A stretch of DNA of 42,602 nt from an uncultured Candidatus Saccharibacteria bacterium (GTDB lineage: Bacteria; Patescibacteriota; Minisyncoccia; UBA6257; Colwellbacteraceae). Below are positions 33,083 through 42,602 of the stretch, piece after piece. The first letter of the stretch is position 1; the number at the start of each line of letters is the position of its first letter. The stretch covers positions 1-42,602 of the forward strand of contig CAZSWG010000001.1 in the NCBI GenBank assembly GCA_964610795.1. The letters run 5' to 3'. A program made the position numbers and the translations under genes. The notes beneath the pieces were generated by a model. It was not told the DNA's origin and did not search any database. It worked only from the letters and a program-made list of their open reading frames with translations.

Positions 33083-34285
33083 TTATATTCCATGAGGATT
33101 AACCAATTTTTTATATGTTGGACTTAACATATATTTCTCTGTATTATAACCCCAATTTATGTGTTGTGACGCAAATGATGAGTCAAAATTTTCTGGATTA
33201 TAACCAGCATGAATCCAAACTTGCCTTGCTTCATTCCATTCTGTAGGACTCACAATTTGATCTTCACCACCCAATTCACTTAATGTTCTCTCCATATCGG
33301 AAACAGCAGTACGGTTAATTTCCGATTCGGTCGGTTGTTTTCCTTGCTGCACATTTCCGATTGCTCCAAGACTTGTTTGATTTATAATTGCTCCTGTATC
33401 GGTATTGACAACGCTTACAGTAACAACACCAGCGTCATTGGTAGACTGAACAACTTGTGTATTGGGTTGTTTTTCTTTACTTTTTTTCCTGACACTAATA
33501 GCACTTTGCCACATACTACTGCTTATTCCGGTAGCACGAGTTAAGTTAGCTATATCCTCACCCGAAGCATTATCTAACATCCCGGCTTGCAACATATTGT
33601 TAGCTTGACTTATTGCTTGTTGTGCTTGCTGGCTTTGAATATCAAATTGTTTAGTTTGTAAATTAAGTCGGGTTTCTACATCTGCTCTTTTCATGGCAAT
33701 ATTACTCTGTGCAAGCGTTGAATCTGCATTGAATTTATCCTTTAATTTACTTAACCTTCCAGTCATAGTTGCTTCGGATAAATATGGGTTGTCTTTAATT
33801 TTTGCGACTTGTGCGTTATATGCGTCAGTTTTAGCAGCAAGATCAGTTTCTACATCTTTAATGCCTGATGAGGCAATCAATCCTTCATATATTTCAGGGA
33901 AATTAATTGAAGGCTGATTAAATACAGGTGTTTGTCCTGGTACTTGGGATGATGATCGCTGTTGCTTAACTAATTCCTGATACCGTGTTTCTTGAATAGG
34001 ATTTCTATCAGTTTTTTCGAGTTGTTGTAATTCCGTATCTCCTCCGCCTGCTCCTTGAGGAACTGGTTGAGGTACGGGTTGAAGTGTAGGTTGACCTTGA
34101 GGAGTTGCAGGTTGGGCTATAGGCGCACCAGTAGCACCGCCTCTTAACATATTCAAAAGCTGGGTGTTTTGTTGGGCACTTCCAACATATCCACTAATAC
34201 CCTTAGAAGCGGCAAGTTGCGCTCTTGAGGCATAGTCAGTCGGCTGGCCTTGTGCTTTTAGATAATTTACTATTGATGGGTCCAT
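33083..34285 (-). CDS. Virion-module protein with a Gln/Pro-rich linker and a coiled-coil centre
   Basis: 400 aa. The N-terminus IVNYLKAQGQPTDYASRAQLAASKGISGYVGSAQQNTQLLNML resembles a small helical domain seen at the ends of cell-wall hydrolases. This is from memory and unverified. Confidence 0.5.
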   Translation of the reverse strand: MDPSIVNYLKAQGQPTDYASRAQLAASKGISGYVGSAQQNTQLLNMLRGGATGAPIAQPATPQGQPTLQPVPQPVPQGAGGGDTELQQLEKTDRNPIQETRYQELVKQQRSSSQVPGQTPVFNQPSINFPEIYEGLIASSGIKDVETDLAAKTDAYNAQVAKIKDNPYLSEATMTGRLSKLKDKFNADSTLAQSNIAMKRADVETRLNLQTKQFDIQSQQAQQAISQANNMLQAGMLDNASGEDIANLTRATGISSSMWQSAISVRKKSKEKQPNTQVVQSTNDAGVVTVSVVNTDTGAIINQTSLGAIGNVQQGKQPTESEINRTAVSDMERTLSELGGEDQIVSPTEWNEARQVWIHAGYNPENFDSSFASQHINWGYNTEKYMLSPTYKKLVNPHGI

Positions 34286-34287
34286 AA

Positions 34288-35016
34288 TTAAAATAATCCT
34301 GTCATATCTTTTTTAAGTCCTTCATTACTTCTATTAAAATAATCCGGAACGTCAAAAAACGGATTTATCTTTTCATACTTTGCCTGTTCTCTTGCAATCT
34401 TTCCCCAAGCGCCTATCAATATCTGTTTAGCCTCAGTACTCTTAAATTGAGCAGATTTATCATCTTCTCCCTTAGATTTAAGAATAGCAACTGCCTCTAG
34501 TTCTATCGCTTCATTCGCCTCTGGCGTGGAGTAGGTAAAAATTGTTGTGTCGCTATCTGCACTCAAAGAAGCGGGGACTTTTATTCCCCAGACATGGATA
34601 TTGTTATTTCCTAGAGTCGTAGGTACGGGCCAGATAAAAAACCTTCTCCATTGATTAGCCCATTTCTTGTCGGTTGAGTCGGGATTATCCTCTTTCCAGT
34701 TCAAGTAGTCGTCAAAAGAAAGCGGGCTCCCATCGGGGTCTTCACCATATCTTTCATCATTATTATCAGAATCTAATATAGTTAGTTTCCAAATTGAATT
34801 TGACCTCCAATTTGTAGGGTAGTCATAATACTCTTGATTTACTTGAGTTGAAGTCTTTTTAGCGTCCTGAAGTTCAGGCCAGGGGAATAACGCTCCTACC
34901 TTTCGGTACGCTCGGTTTGTAGCCCGATCAATAAGATTAGGAGAGTAAAGGGTACTTTCGTCTCCTATGGTAAGATCATCTTGGATCGCTGCCCTGATAT
35001 CCGCTAGTGTATCCAT
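34288..35016 (-). CDS. Virion structural protein (possible head-tail adaptor)
   Basis: 242 aa, first gene after a class-B promoter. Position-based call only. Confidence 0.45.
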   Translation of the reverse strand: MDTLADIRAAIQDDLTIGDESTLYSPNLIDRATNRAYRKVGALFPWPELQDAKKTSTQVNQEYYDYPTNWRSNSIWKLTILDSDNNDERYGEDPDGSPLSFDDYLNWKEDNPDSTDKKWANQWRRFFIWPVPTTLGNNNIHVWGIKVPASLSADSDTTIFTYSTPEANEAIELEAVAILKSKGEDDKSAQFKSTEAKQILIGAWGKIAREQAKYEKINPFFDVPDYFNRSNEGLKKDMTGLF

Positions 35017-35024
35017 GCTGTAAG

Positions 35025-35052
35025 AGTAGAGTATGATTTTATTTTATGGCAA
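35025..35052 (-). promoter_or_regulatory. Class-B promoter-like element, TTGCCA-N16-TCTACT, with the ATG 8 nt downstream
   Basis: Minus strand reads TTGCCA taaaataaaatcatac TCTACT cttacagc ATG. The geometry matches 16158-16185 and 1288-1315. Confidence 0.45.
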
Positions 35053-35057
35053 GAGGA

Positions 35058-35255
35058 TTAGTGGTTTACTATACAAATAGTTTCGTTATGTCGTGAAAAA
35101 CAATACGAAGTTGTATAATCTTTGTCTTGGATTGTATAACATTTTGTCTTGATACAGTATAGATTATCCCATATATCAATAATCGTTTTATGCGGCCAAT
35201 ATACCAATGATAAAATGAATATCAAAAATACGATAATAATAAATAATCTATTCAT
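35058..35255 (-). CDS. Small membrane / Cys-rich protein
   Basis: 65 aa with an N-terminal TM segment LFIIIVFLIFILSLVYW and four Cys residues. Confidence 0.4.
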   Translation of the reverse strand: MNRLFIIIVFLIFILSLVYWPHKTIIDIWDNLYCIKTKCYTIQDKDYTTSYCFSRHNETICIVNH

Positions 35256-35256
35256 A

Positions 35257-36210
35257 TTACTTTCCTAAAACGACATACCATAATACTCTTGATCCTCCCA
35301 AAGTCACATTTCCTCCCGAACTAGATTTCAATTGTATTTTTATAGTATGACTTCCGGATGCGATAGTAGAAACTATAGTTGTTGAAGACGTAGTAAAATA
35401 TTTTCCTGCCGTTTCTTCAATGGAAGGAGTAGACATTTCTCCTGCAACTTGAGAACCATCAAGGTCTATTATAGAAATAGGTGTAACTATATTTGTAGGA
35501 GATGAATCCGGGCTATAGCCTCTTACTGAAGCTCCTATCAAAACTTTTGATGATCTTGCCAGCGTAAATGATAAAGTCATATCTGTTACATCAACAAACG
35601 ACTGGTTTGTAGTAGAAAATGAAGCTGTTTGAGAAATGCTATCTGCTGCAAAATTAGCTGTACTTACTAATCCTGTTGCATCTATAATTGTGGTTTCAGT
35701 ATCATCTTTTACCGTGATATTGCCTTTAGTTACCACAACATTTCCTTCAGCATCAACGGTAAACTTATCATTGATATTTATACTTCCGCCCTCAATTTCA
35801 GCATCAGAGACTAAACTTCCTGCCCGTACTTCTCCCTTAAATACCGCATCTCCCGTAGTTCCGTCTATCGCAAGGGTAGTTATTCCTGCTATATCTCTTG
35901 CAGTTAATCCATTGGGTGTAATTCTTAAATCTCCCGAAATTCCTTTCTTAAAATCACCAACTTGAAACCCCCCGGATTGCTGAAGGTCAAATTCTTCAAG
36001 TATCTTGCGACTTCTGGTATTAAGCGCTGTACTTAATAATTCAACCGCTATTCTTTTTTTAGGAAAAGTTTTTTCTTTTGTAGCAGTTGGGGCATAGTTT
36101 CCTTCTCCCACAGCTTGAGCTTGTGATAGAACAGGCTGTACGACCTCTCCGGGAAAAGGGTTCTCGCTTACAATTTCCGGTTCAAAATTCTTATCTTTCA
36201 TATTACTCAA
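35257..36210 (-). CDS. Tail fibre / spike-like protein
   Basis: Beta-rich repeats (DLRITPNGLTARDIAGITTLAIDGTTGDAVFKG, NINDKFTVDAEGNVVVTKGNITV) and a C-terminal beta-sandwich-like end. It overlaps the upstream gene by 8 nt. Confidence 0.55.
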   Translation of the reverse strand: MSNMKDKNFEPEIVSENPFPGEVVQPVLSQAQAVGEGNYAPTATKEKTFPKKRIAVELLSTALNTRSRKILEEFDLQQSGGFQVGDFKKGISGDLRITPNGLTARDIAGITTLAIDGTTGDAVFKGEVRAGSLVSDAEIEGGSININDKFTVDAEGNVVVTKGNITVKDDTETTIIDATGLVSTANFAADSISQTASFSTTNQSFVDVTDMTLSFTLARSSKVLIGASVRGYSPDSSPTNIVTPISIIDLDGSQVAGEMSTPSIEETAGKYFTTSSTTIVSTIASGSHTIKIQLKSSSGGNVTLGGSRVLWYVVLGK

Positions 36211-37804
36211 AGTAGGTGATAATTCTGAAAATCTCCGGGGTAGTATTTCCGCTGGGAGTCATAATTATTCGCGGCTCGTATATGTCCATTTCTGCACCTA
36301 TTCTAAATACCGCTTTCTTTCCACCTGTTGAAGTAAATGCTTGGTTTCCATCTGCTGTATAAGCCTGTACCCAATCACCGGATTTATTCTTCTGATAATA
36401 GAAGTAAACACTACACCCTACGGGCAGTTCATCCATAAACACTTCAACACGGTCAAATTTTGTAATCTGTTCTGCTTTCTTAATCGGCGTCCTATATTCC
36501 AACCCTTCCCAGGTCCCCTGAGCCTTTGCAGTACTATCTACGGCCTTTACACCAAAATCATCCCCGTCTTTATATGAAGCTATAGTAGTTCCGTCTATAT
36601 TGACTACAGCGCCTATTTCGTCTACATCCAAGGCATACTCAAGATTCATGGTAAAAGGCTGTTCTTTATTTTTACGCCCGTAATAATAAAGACCATTTTT
36701 ACCTGAATCAGCGTCAAATACTCCCCAGATAGACATATTTCCCAATGATTGACGATCCACCCAGCTATCAGCTCCGAATACCCAATCAAATATCTCAATC
36801 TGGTCTACTTCGTTTGCTACTCCTCCCGGATTTACTCTGCCCCCGCCCGGGAATCTTTTAACAGGCATTGAATCAGTGAAGTTCGCAAAAAACAAATTTC
36901 CGTCATCTCCTATCTGAACAAGAGGATACTCACAATCTATTGCTCCATTTACTCCTTTATTGGGATAACCGGCAGGGTACGTACCGGAAACTGCCCTACC
37001 GTTGCGTTCAATAATGGTTTTTATTAGTCTTCCGGGAATTATGTCAAGTGCTTCATTAGTCCACGAATCGTCATATCCAACCAATGCGAGTTTAGATCCA
37101 TTAGCGATATAGTTTGCTCCGCCTACCTGTTTCATTGTGTGCCAGTCAGTACCCGTTAAGTTATCTGCTATTTCAGTTACATCACCCCAAGTTGACGAAC
37201 CAGGCAGAGGCTTTCGCTTTATTGAAGTAGCAGTAGCCCATTGAAGGTATGTTGTACCGCTATCTGAGGGTTTTTCTATAGCTCCTTTAATTGCCCCGTC
37301 TGCGTCCGTATAAACCATTCTTGTAAATCCATCGGGATACCGTCTATAAATATGCCCGGCGTTCCCAAATCCGTACGTGTTGCCATCCGATGCTTTTACC
37401 CAAGCGATAATCAAATCAACATATACATTATTAAGCCCTGCTGATGGAGAAAGAGAAGGACTAACCGAAGAAGAAGGTGAAGATGAAGCTGATGGGCTTA
37501 AACTTTTAGAGGCGCTTCTTGAGGCTGAAGCACTAGGTGATAGAGAAGGTGAAACTGATCCGCTGGGACTTTTAGAAGCACTAGTGCTGGCACTAGGCGA
37601 TTGGGATGAACTTTGCGAAACGGAGGCAGATTGTGAATGGCTGGTATCAAAAAGTCCTTCTTCTTTAAGTGCTTGTCCACAAGAAAGGGTATCATTTGCC
37701 TTGCGTATATCAATTCCGCTTGCGAACTTAAAAGCGCCACGGATACCTCTGTCATTGAATGACGAAATTCCGCCCTCAAAACTTTTAACTGTGTACGTTT
37801 GCAT
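36203..37804 (-). CDS. Tail-module protein with a Ser-rich array inserted after residue ~54 and a large beta-rich body
   Basis: 533 aa. Residues 55-122 read SQSASVSQSSSQSPSAS...SPSLSPSA. The remainder is Gly/Asp/Trp/Tyr-rich and propeller-like in character. Confidence 0.6.
   Translation of the reverse strand: MQTYTVKSFEGGISSFNDRGIRGAFKFASGIDIRKANDTLSCGQALKEEGLFDTSHSQSASVSQSSSQSPSASTSASKSPSGSVSPSLSPSASASRSASKSLSPSASSSPSSSVSPSLSPSAGLNNVYVDLIIAWVKASDGNTYGFGNAGHIYRRYPDGFTRMVYTDADGAIKGAIEKPSDSGTTYLQWATATSIKRKPLPGSSTWGDVTEIADNLTGTDWHTMKQVGGANYIANGSKLALVGYDDSWTNEALDIIPGRLIKTIIERNGRAVSGTYPAGYPNKGVNGAIDCEYPLVQIGDDGNLFFANFTDSMPVKRFPGGGRVNPGGVANEVDQIEIFDWVFGADSWVDRQSLGNMSIWGVFDADSGKNGLYYYGRKNKEQPFTMNLEYALDVDEIGAVVNIDGTTIASYKDGDDFGVKAVDSTAKAQGTWEGLEYRTPIKKAEQITKFDRVEVFMDELPVGCSVYFYYQKNKSGDWVQAYTADGNQAFTSTGGKKAVFRIGAEMDIYEPRIIMTPSGNTTPEIFRIITYFE
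37439..37642 (-). repeat. Coding Ser/Pro/Ala low-complexity array (short copy)
   Basis: Same repeat class as the other arrays. Confidence 0.85.
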
Positions 37805-37838
37805 ATTTTTTAGATTACCTTATGTTTTTATTTCTAGT

Positions 37839-40800
37839 CTAGTCTGGTGAGCTGGGTAACGCATCCCACTCCTTGTATTTTGCTTCATAATCATTACCTA
37901 ACTCTGAATACTTATCACCATAAGTGTTTCCAGTAGCTGAGTATTTATCAACATATTCTATAGGAGATTGGGATGGACTTGCACTTGGACTGGCGCTTGC
38001 TGAAGCGGAAGGACTTTTTGAAGCACTAGCCGATTTAGAAGCACTGGCGGAAGCACTTTTACTTTCAGAAGCTGAAACTGAAGCCGAAGCAGATTTAGAC
38101 TCACTAGCGCTAGCTGAGGCACTGGCAGACGCAGACTCGCTTTTACTTTCTGAAGCACTTGGGGAAAGGGATTTACTTTCGCTGGCGCTGGCAGACTTAC
38201 TTTCCGATGCCGAAACAGATTTAGATTCCGATGCAGATACGCTTGCTGACTCTGAAACACTGGCGGATTTAGATTCAGAGGCAGATGGGCTTAAAGAACC
38301 ACTGGGTGAAAGCGATGCACTTTCAGAAGCCGAGGCTGATCTTGAGACTGATGCACTAGCGGACCCACTTGCGCTAGGGCTTAAAGATGCCGATGCACTT
38401 GCACTTCCACTTGCTGAAGCGGAGGCGGAAGGGCTGAGTGAGGCAGAAGCTGAAACCGACCCTGAAGCTGATTCAGATGCACTGGCGCTCTTGCTCTCTG
38501 AGGCACTCGGAGATAGAGATTTGGATTCTGAAGGAGATTCGGAAGCCGACATAGATGCTGAAACACTTTTAGATTCTGATGCGGAAGGAGAAACACTTTT
38601 AGATTCTGATGGCGATTCAGAGGCACTTGCTGAAACGGAGACGGACTTACTTTCACTTGCGGATGGACTTAAAGACTTTGATTCACTAGCCGATTCCGAA
38701 GCACTGGCGCTGGCAGATCCTGATGCTGAAGGACTGACAGATGCTGACGCGCTGGCTGAAGGGGATAGAGAGGCACTAGGACTGAGACTGGCACTGGGAC
38801 TTAGGCTTTTGCTTGCTGAGGCCGATGGAGACAGAGATGCACTAGCACTTGCGCTGGGAGACAAAGAGGCTGAAGGTGAAAGTGAAGCCGATGGTGAAAG
38901 ACTAGCCGAGGGACTAAGAGACGCTGATGGACTCAAACTGGCGCTGGCAGAGACAGATGGAGATACGCTGGCGCTAGCAGAAGAGCTGGGAGAAACAGAT
39001 GCTGATGGAGATAGTGAAGCGGATGGAGAGAGACTGGCGCTAGGACTAAGGGACGTAGATAGGGATAAAGAGGCTGATGGAGATAAAGACGCCGATGGGG
39101 ACAAACTGGCACTAGCACTTGCGCTGGGTGACAAACTTGCCGATGCACTAGCTGAAGGCGATAGACTGGCAGATGGGGATAAACTGGAACTGGGACTGAG
39201 TGATGCTGATGGACTAAGTGACGCTGAAGGCGAGAGTGATGCACTAGGACTTAATGATGCTGACGGACTTAATGAAGCACTAGCACTCGCTGATGGCGAT
39301 AAAGACGCCGAAGCCGAAGCCGATGGACTTTGAGAAGCGCTCGGCGACAAAGAAGCCGAAGGTGATAATGAAGCAGATGGGGATAAAGATGCCGAGGGAG
39401 AAAGACTTGCACTGGCACTAGGAGATTCTGATGCAGATGCTGAAGCAGAAGCGCTAGCTGAAGCACTAGCAGATGGAGAAAGAGAGGCACTAGGACTTAA
39501 AGATGCCGATGGGGAGAGTGAAGCGGATGGACTTTGACTCGGACTTTCAGAAGGACTTTCGCTTAGACTAGCTGAAGCTGAAGCACTCTTTGATGCACTA
39601 GCACTAGGAGATAAGGAAGCACTAGGAGAAAGAGATGCGCTAGGCGAGAGAGAAGCTGAGGGAGATAACGAAGGACTTTCACTTAGTGATTCAGAGGGTG
39701 AGGCTGATTTACTAGCTGATGCACTTTCTGATGCACTGGGTGACTGAGAAGCTGATGGTGAAATACTAGCTGAAGGACTTAAACTAGCTGAAGGACTAAG
39801 AGAGGCACTGGCGCTAGCGGAAGGACTAGCGGAGGCAGAAGCAGAAGCCGATGGACTTTCAGACGCGGAAGGACTAAGTGAAGCACTTGGTGACAGTGAT
39901 GCACTAGCTGAAGCACTCGGAGATAAAGAAGCACTCTCGGAAGCCGATGGACTCAAAGAAGCAGAAGGCGACAAACTGGCACTTGGTGATAAGGAAGCGC
40001 TGGGACTTAGAGAAGGAGATGCACTAGCACTTGGTGACAGTGATGCACTAGCTGAAGCACTCGGTGACTGAGAGGCTGAGGGACTAAGCGATGCTGATGG
40101 TGAAAGCGATGCACTTGGGCTTAAAGATGCTGAAGCACTAGCGCTGGGGGAGAGAGATGCTGAAGCACTAGCGCTGGGACTCAAACTCGCCGATGGAGAT
40201 AAGGAAGCAGAGGGACTTAGAGAAGCAGAAGGAGACAAACTAGCACTGGCTGACGCTGAAGGGGACAAAGACGCTGAAGCTGAAACACTTGGACTAAGGC
40301 TAGCGCTTGGTGAGAGGGAAGCCGAAGGACTAAGAGAGGCTGAGGGACTAAGCGATGCTGATGGTGATAGTGATGCTGATGCAGAAGCACTGGGTGAAAG
40401 ACTAGCCGAAGCTGAGGCGCTAGGAGACAATGAAGCCGATGGACTCAAACTGGCTGATGGGCTGAGAGATGCTGATGGAGACAAGGAAGCCGAAGCACTG
40501 GCTGATGGGCTGAGTGAAGCACTAGCACTCGCTGATGGAGATAAGCTGGCGCTGAGGGAGAGAGAGGCGGAGGGGGAAACTGTAGATGCCGGAGAGAACC
40601 CTGCCGCTACTTGTGCCCAAGTATCGGAAGCGTCAAGGGTTTCACTCATTGTAGACACCCCAGCGGGGTTTACTGGTCCTTCGTGGGTGATGCAAGAAGT
40701 TCCCCCAAGAAAACCCGATGACCAGATAAAGTCGGCTCTTTCGGTCTGGTTCGCACCTGGAGAGTAATTCGTTCCGGCACCATTGTCCAAGCGATTAACA

Positions 40801-42602
40801 ATATCAACAACCCAACAATTATTGGCTATTGTTGTCACATCAACACTTGAAGTAGAAGAACCTCCTTGAGCCGTGTTACTGGAATCAAGGCCCCCAACTC
40901 CCTTTAAGGAAATAGCTGCGGCTCCGCTTCTGGTTGCCGAAGCCAGTGTAACTTCAACAGTATTTGACCCCGATGTCGGATTTAGTAAATACCACAACTC
41001 AGCAGTACAAACATTTCCCGGCTCGGTGGATACTTTTCTGGCGATAAGAGTAAGGGCTGTTCCGTTGTAAGTAATTCCGGAAACAGCCACATCATTCCTA
41101 ACCCCGACACCAACAATCAACACTCTATTCGCCCCAGAAGCTGTATGACTCCAAGAATAAACAGTTGCACTCCCTGGATTGGTTGTTGTTGTGTTGTCAT
41201 ACTCTATGACACCAAAACCAGCCGAGGGAGAAACCGATGGACTAACCGATGCTGAAGGTGAAGCTGAGGCCGATGGAGATAATGAAGCAGAAGGCGAAAG
41301 AGAGGCAGACGGGCTTACTGATGCAGAAGGAGACAGGGAGGCACTGGCAGATGCTGAAGGAGAAATGCTAGCAGACGCTGAAGCGCTTGGACTAAGCGAG
41401 GCAGAAGGAGATATGCTAGCGGATGGAGATAGAGAAGCCGATGGGCTAATTGAGGCTGATGGAGAAGCAGACGCACTGATTGATGCTGAAGGAGAAATAC
41501 TTGCACTGGCGCTTGCCGATGGAGATAGAGAAGCCGATGGGCTAATTGAGGCACTAGGACTCAGACTTGCCGATGGAGACAATGAGGCAGATGGTGAAAG
41601 TGAAGCAGAAGGGCTGGCACTGGGAGACACAGAGGCACTGGCGGAGGCAGATGGGGATAGGGAGGCACTAGAACTGATAGAAGCGCTTGGACTAAGGCTA
41701 GCGGAAGGCGATAATGATGCGCTTGCACTTGGACTTGCAGACGCACTTTCCGAAGCGCTACCACTAGCCGAAGCGGAAGCACTTGGACTTAATGAGGCAC
41801 TCGGAGATAGAGACGCAGATGGTGATATAGAGGCAGAAGGACTAAGAGATTTAGACTCACTCGGACTTTCGCTGGCAGAGGCGGATTTTGATTCACTAGC
41901 ACTAGCCGATGCTGATGGTGATAGTGAAGCCGAGGGACTTAAAGAAGCGGATGGAGAAAGACTAGCACTCGGACTTTGAGATGGTGATTCTGAGGGCGAA
42001 GCACTAGGAGATGCTGACTTACTTGCTGATGCTGATTCAGACGCGGAAGGACTTAAAGAAGCACTGGGAGATAGAGACGCGCTAGGTGATAAGGAAGCCG
42101 AAGGTGACAACGATGGAGATTCTGACGGACTCTCGGATGCCGAGGTAGATGCACTTGCCGAGGCAGATGCAGAAGCACTTGGACTCAAAGACGCTGATAG
42201 AGATAAGGATGCAGAAGCACTTGCCGATGGAGATAGACTTGCTGAGGCACTAGCCGAGGGTGACAAACTGGCGGATGGTGACAAAGAGGCGGACGGACTA
42301 AGGCTTGCTGACGGTGAAAGAGAAGCGCTTGGCGAAAGTGACGGGCTTGCGGAAGCAGACGCAGAGGCACTTTTTGACAAGCTTCCACTAGGACTTAATG
42401 AGGCAGACGGGGAAAGGGAAGCACTAGGTGATAATGAAGCGCTTGGTGATTGTGACGCGCTTGGGCTTACAGACGGACTGACACTTGAACTGCCTACTGC
42501 TACTGGCGCAAAAGAAGCGGCAACAAGCGCCCAGTCTCTACTCACACCTGTACTCCAATCAACCGTAGTAGCCCCAGCGGGAGATATTGGACCATATGTG
42601 CT
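37839..42602 (-). CDS. Giant (more than 1587 aa, 5'-partial) beads-on-a-string fibre protein: globular module, ~425-aa Ser/Pro/Ala array, globular module, ~875-aa array, Tyr/Lys-rich C-terminal motif
   Basis: The reading frame has no stop between 42545 and the window end at 42602, and the track's 'M' at 42545 is a GTG. A ~210-aa non-repetitive module lies at 40590-41219. TAG stop at 37839-37841. Confidence 0.85.
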   Translation of the reverse strand, partial: STYGPISPAGATTVDWSTGVSRDWALVAASFAPVAVGSSSVSPSVSPSASQSPSASLSPSASLSPSASLSPSGSLSKSASASASASPSLSPSASLSPSASLSPSASLSPSASLSPSASASASLSPSASASASLSLSASLSPSASASASASASTSASESPSESPSLSPSASLSPSASLSPSASLSPSASESASASKSASPSASPSESPSQSPSASLSPSASLSPSASLSPSASASASESKSASASESPSESKSLSPSASISPSASLSPSASLSPSASASASGSASESASASPSASASLSPSASLSPSASISSSASLSPSASASASVSPSASPSASLSPSASLSPSASLSPSASISPSASLSPSASASASISPSASISASASPSASISPSASLSPSASISPSASLSPSASASASISPSASASASLSPSASVSPSASLSPSASLSPSASASPSASVSPSVSPSAGFGVIEYDNTTTTNPGSATVYSWSHTASGANRVLIVGVGVRNDVAVSGITYNGTALTLIARKVSTEPGNVCTAELWYLLNPTSGSNTVEVTLASATRSGAAAISLKGVGGLDSSNTAQGGSSTSSVDVTTIANNCWVVDIVNRLDNGAGTNYSPGANQTERADFIWSSGFLGGTSCITHEGPVNPAGVSTMSETLDASDTWAQVAAGFSPASTVSPSASLSLSASLSPSASASASLSPSASASASLSPSASLSPSASLSPSASLSPSASASASLSPSASASASLSPSASLSPSASLSPSASLSPSASLSPSVSASASLSPSASASASLSPSASLSPSASLSPSASLSPSASASASLSPSASASASLSPSASLSPSASLSPSASQSPSASASASLSPSASASPSLSPSASLSPSASLSPSASLSPSASESASLSPSASASASLSPSASLSPSASESPSASASASASPSASASASLSPSASLSPSASISPSASQSPSASESASASKSASPSESLSESPSLSPSASLSPSASLSPSASLSPSASASKSASASASLSESPSESPSQSPSASLSPSASLSPSASLSPSASASASASASASASESPSASASLSPSASLSPSASLSPSASLSPSASQSPSASASASLSPSASASASLSPSASLSPSASLSPSASLSPSASLSPSSSLSPSASLSPSASASASLSPSASASASLSPSASLSPSASLSLSTSLSPSASLSPSASLSPSASVSPSSSASASVSPSVSASASLSPSASLSPSASLSPSASLSPSASLSPSASASASLSPSASASKSLSPSASLSPSASLSPSASASASVSPSASGSASASASESASESKSLSPSASESKSVSVSASASESPSESKSVSPSASESKSVSASMSASESPSESKSLSPSASESKSASASESASGSVSASASLSPSASASASGSASASASLSPSASGSASASVSRSASASESASLSPSGSLSPSASESKSASVSESASVSASESKSVSASESKSASASESKSLSPSASESKSESASASASASASESKSASASVSASESKSASASASKSASASKSPSASASASPSASPSQSPIEYVDKYSATGNTYGDKYSELGNDYEAKYKEWDALPSSPD
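37962..40589 (-). repeat. Coding (S-P-S-A-S-L)n array, ~875 aa, with higher-order repeats and a charged SESKS-type C-proximal section
   Basis: Read directly from the translation. Synonymous codons vary between units. Confidence 0.9.
41220..42491 (-). repeat. Coding (S-P-S-A-S-L)n array, ~425 aa
   Basis: Read directly from the translation. Confidence 0.9.

Noticed and set aside
37924-39333. Long plus-strand ORFs antisense to the Ser-rich arrays encode Glu/Ala/Asp/Gly/Leu-rich proteins. Examples are 37924..39333 (469 aa), 41179..41979, 10660..11253, 37377..37850 and 13444..13689.
   Set aside because: These are mirror-image artefacts. Ser/Ala/Pro codons (AGC/GCT, TCN/NGA, GCN/NGC) contain no stop on the complement. 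The ORFs start and stop exactly with the repeats, have no SD or promoter context, and run against an otherwise uniformly minus-strand genome.
37962-42491. The 18-bp periodic repeats could be mistaken for a CRISPR array or a non-coding satellite.
   Set aside because: There is no alternation of conserved repeats with unique spacers. The periodicity is codon-based and the region is one continuous ORF with globular domains in frame on both sides.
1-42602. Several possibilities were considered for the whole window: a diversity-generating retroelement or other targeted hypervariation acting on the fibre modules, a lysogeny module, and an alternative genetic code.
   Set aside because: No reverse transcriptase, template/variable repeat pair, integrase or repressor-type switch is visible. 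TAA, TAG and TGA all terminate well-supported genes, so the standard code fits.

Overview
The window reads as about 42.6 kb of a tailed-phage genome. Nearly every gene is on the minus strand in tightly packed, often ATGA-overlapping operons. Only two HNH endonuclease genes are on the plus strand. Reading in the direction of transcription (high to low coordinates), the order is as follows. (1) A tail/fibre and ejection module at 42602-27107: a giant Ser/Pro/Ala-repeat protein that is open at the window edge, a 533-aa and a 317-aa fibre-like protein, and an 1839-aa HExxH-containing giant protein. (2) A lysis cassette with an M23 peptidase, a C39-like peptidase and small membrane proteins. (3) A block of small early-type genes with a C5 DNA methyltransferase. 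(4) A recombination/auxiliary block with an RlpA-like protein and RusA. (5) The packaging and head module: terS, terL, portal, scaffold, major capsid protein and a Ser-rich head-associated protein. (6) An RHH regulator plus a DUF2829/Tad2-like gene. (7) An ~8.4 kb sugar-activation, glycosyltransferase and methyltransferase cassette. (8) A LamG-lectin protein with a Ser-rich tail. The most interesting hypothesis is that three GT27-like (polypeptide-GalNAc-transferase-like) GT-A enzymes and the accessory sugar genes O-glycosylate the mucin-like (S-P-S-A-S-x)n arrays carried by four virion-module proteins. That would be a phage-encoded virion mucin system. Secondary signals are two recurrent promoter families placed so that mRNAs would be leaderless, several sub-60-aa ORFs missing from the ORF track, a G7-TA-G7 tract, a long intrinsic terminator, and three free-standing HNH genes. 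I found no rRNA, tRNA, CRISPR array, integrase or reverse transcriptase. All family calls come from motif recognition by eye, because no database search was possible.
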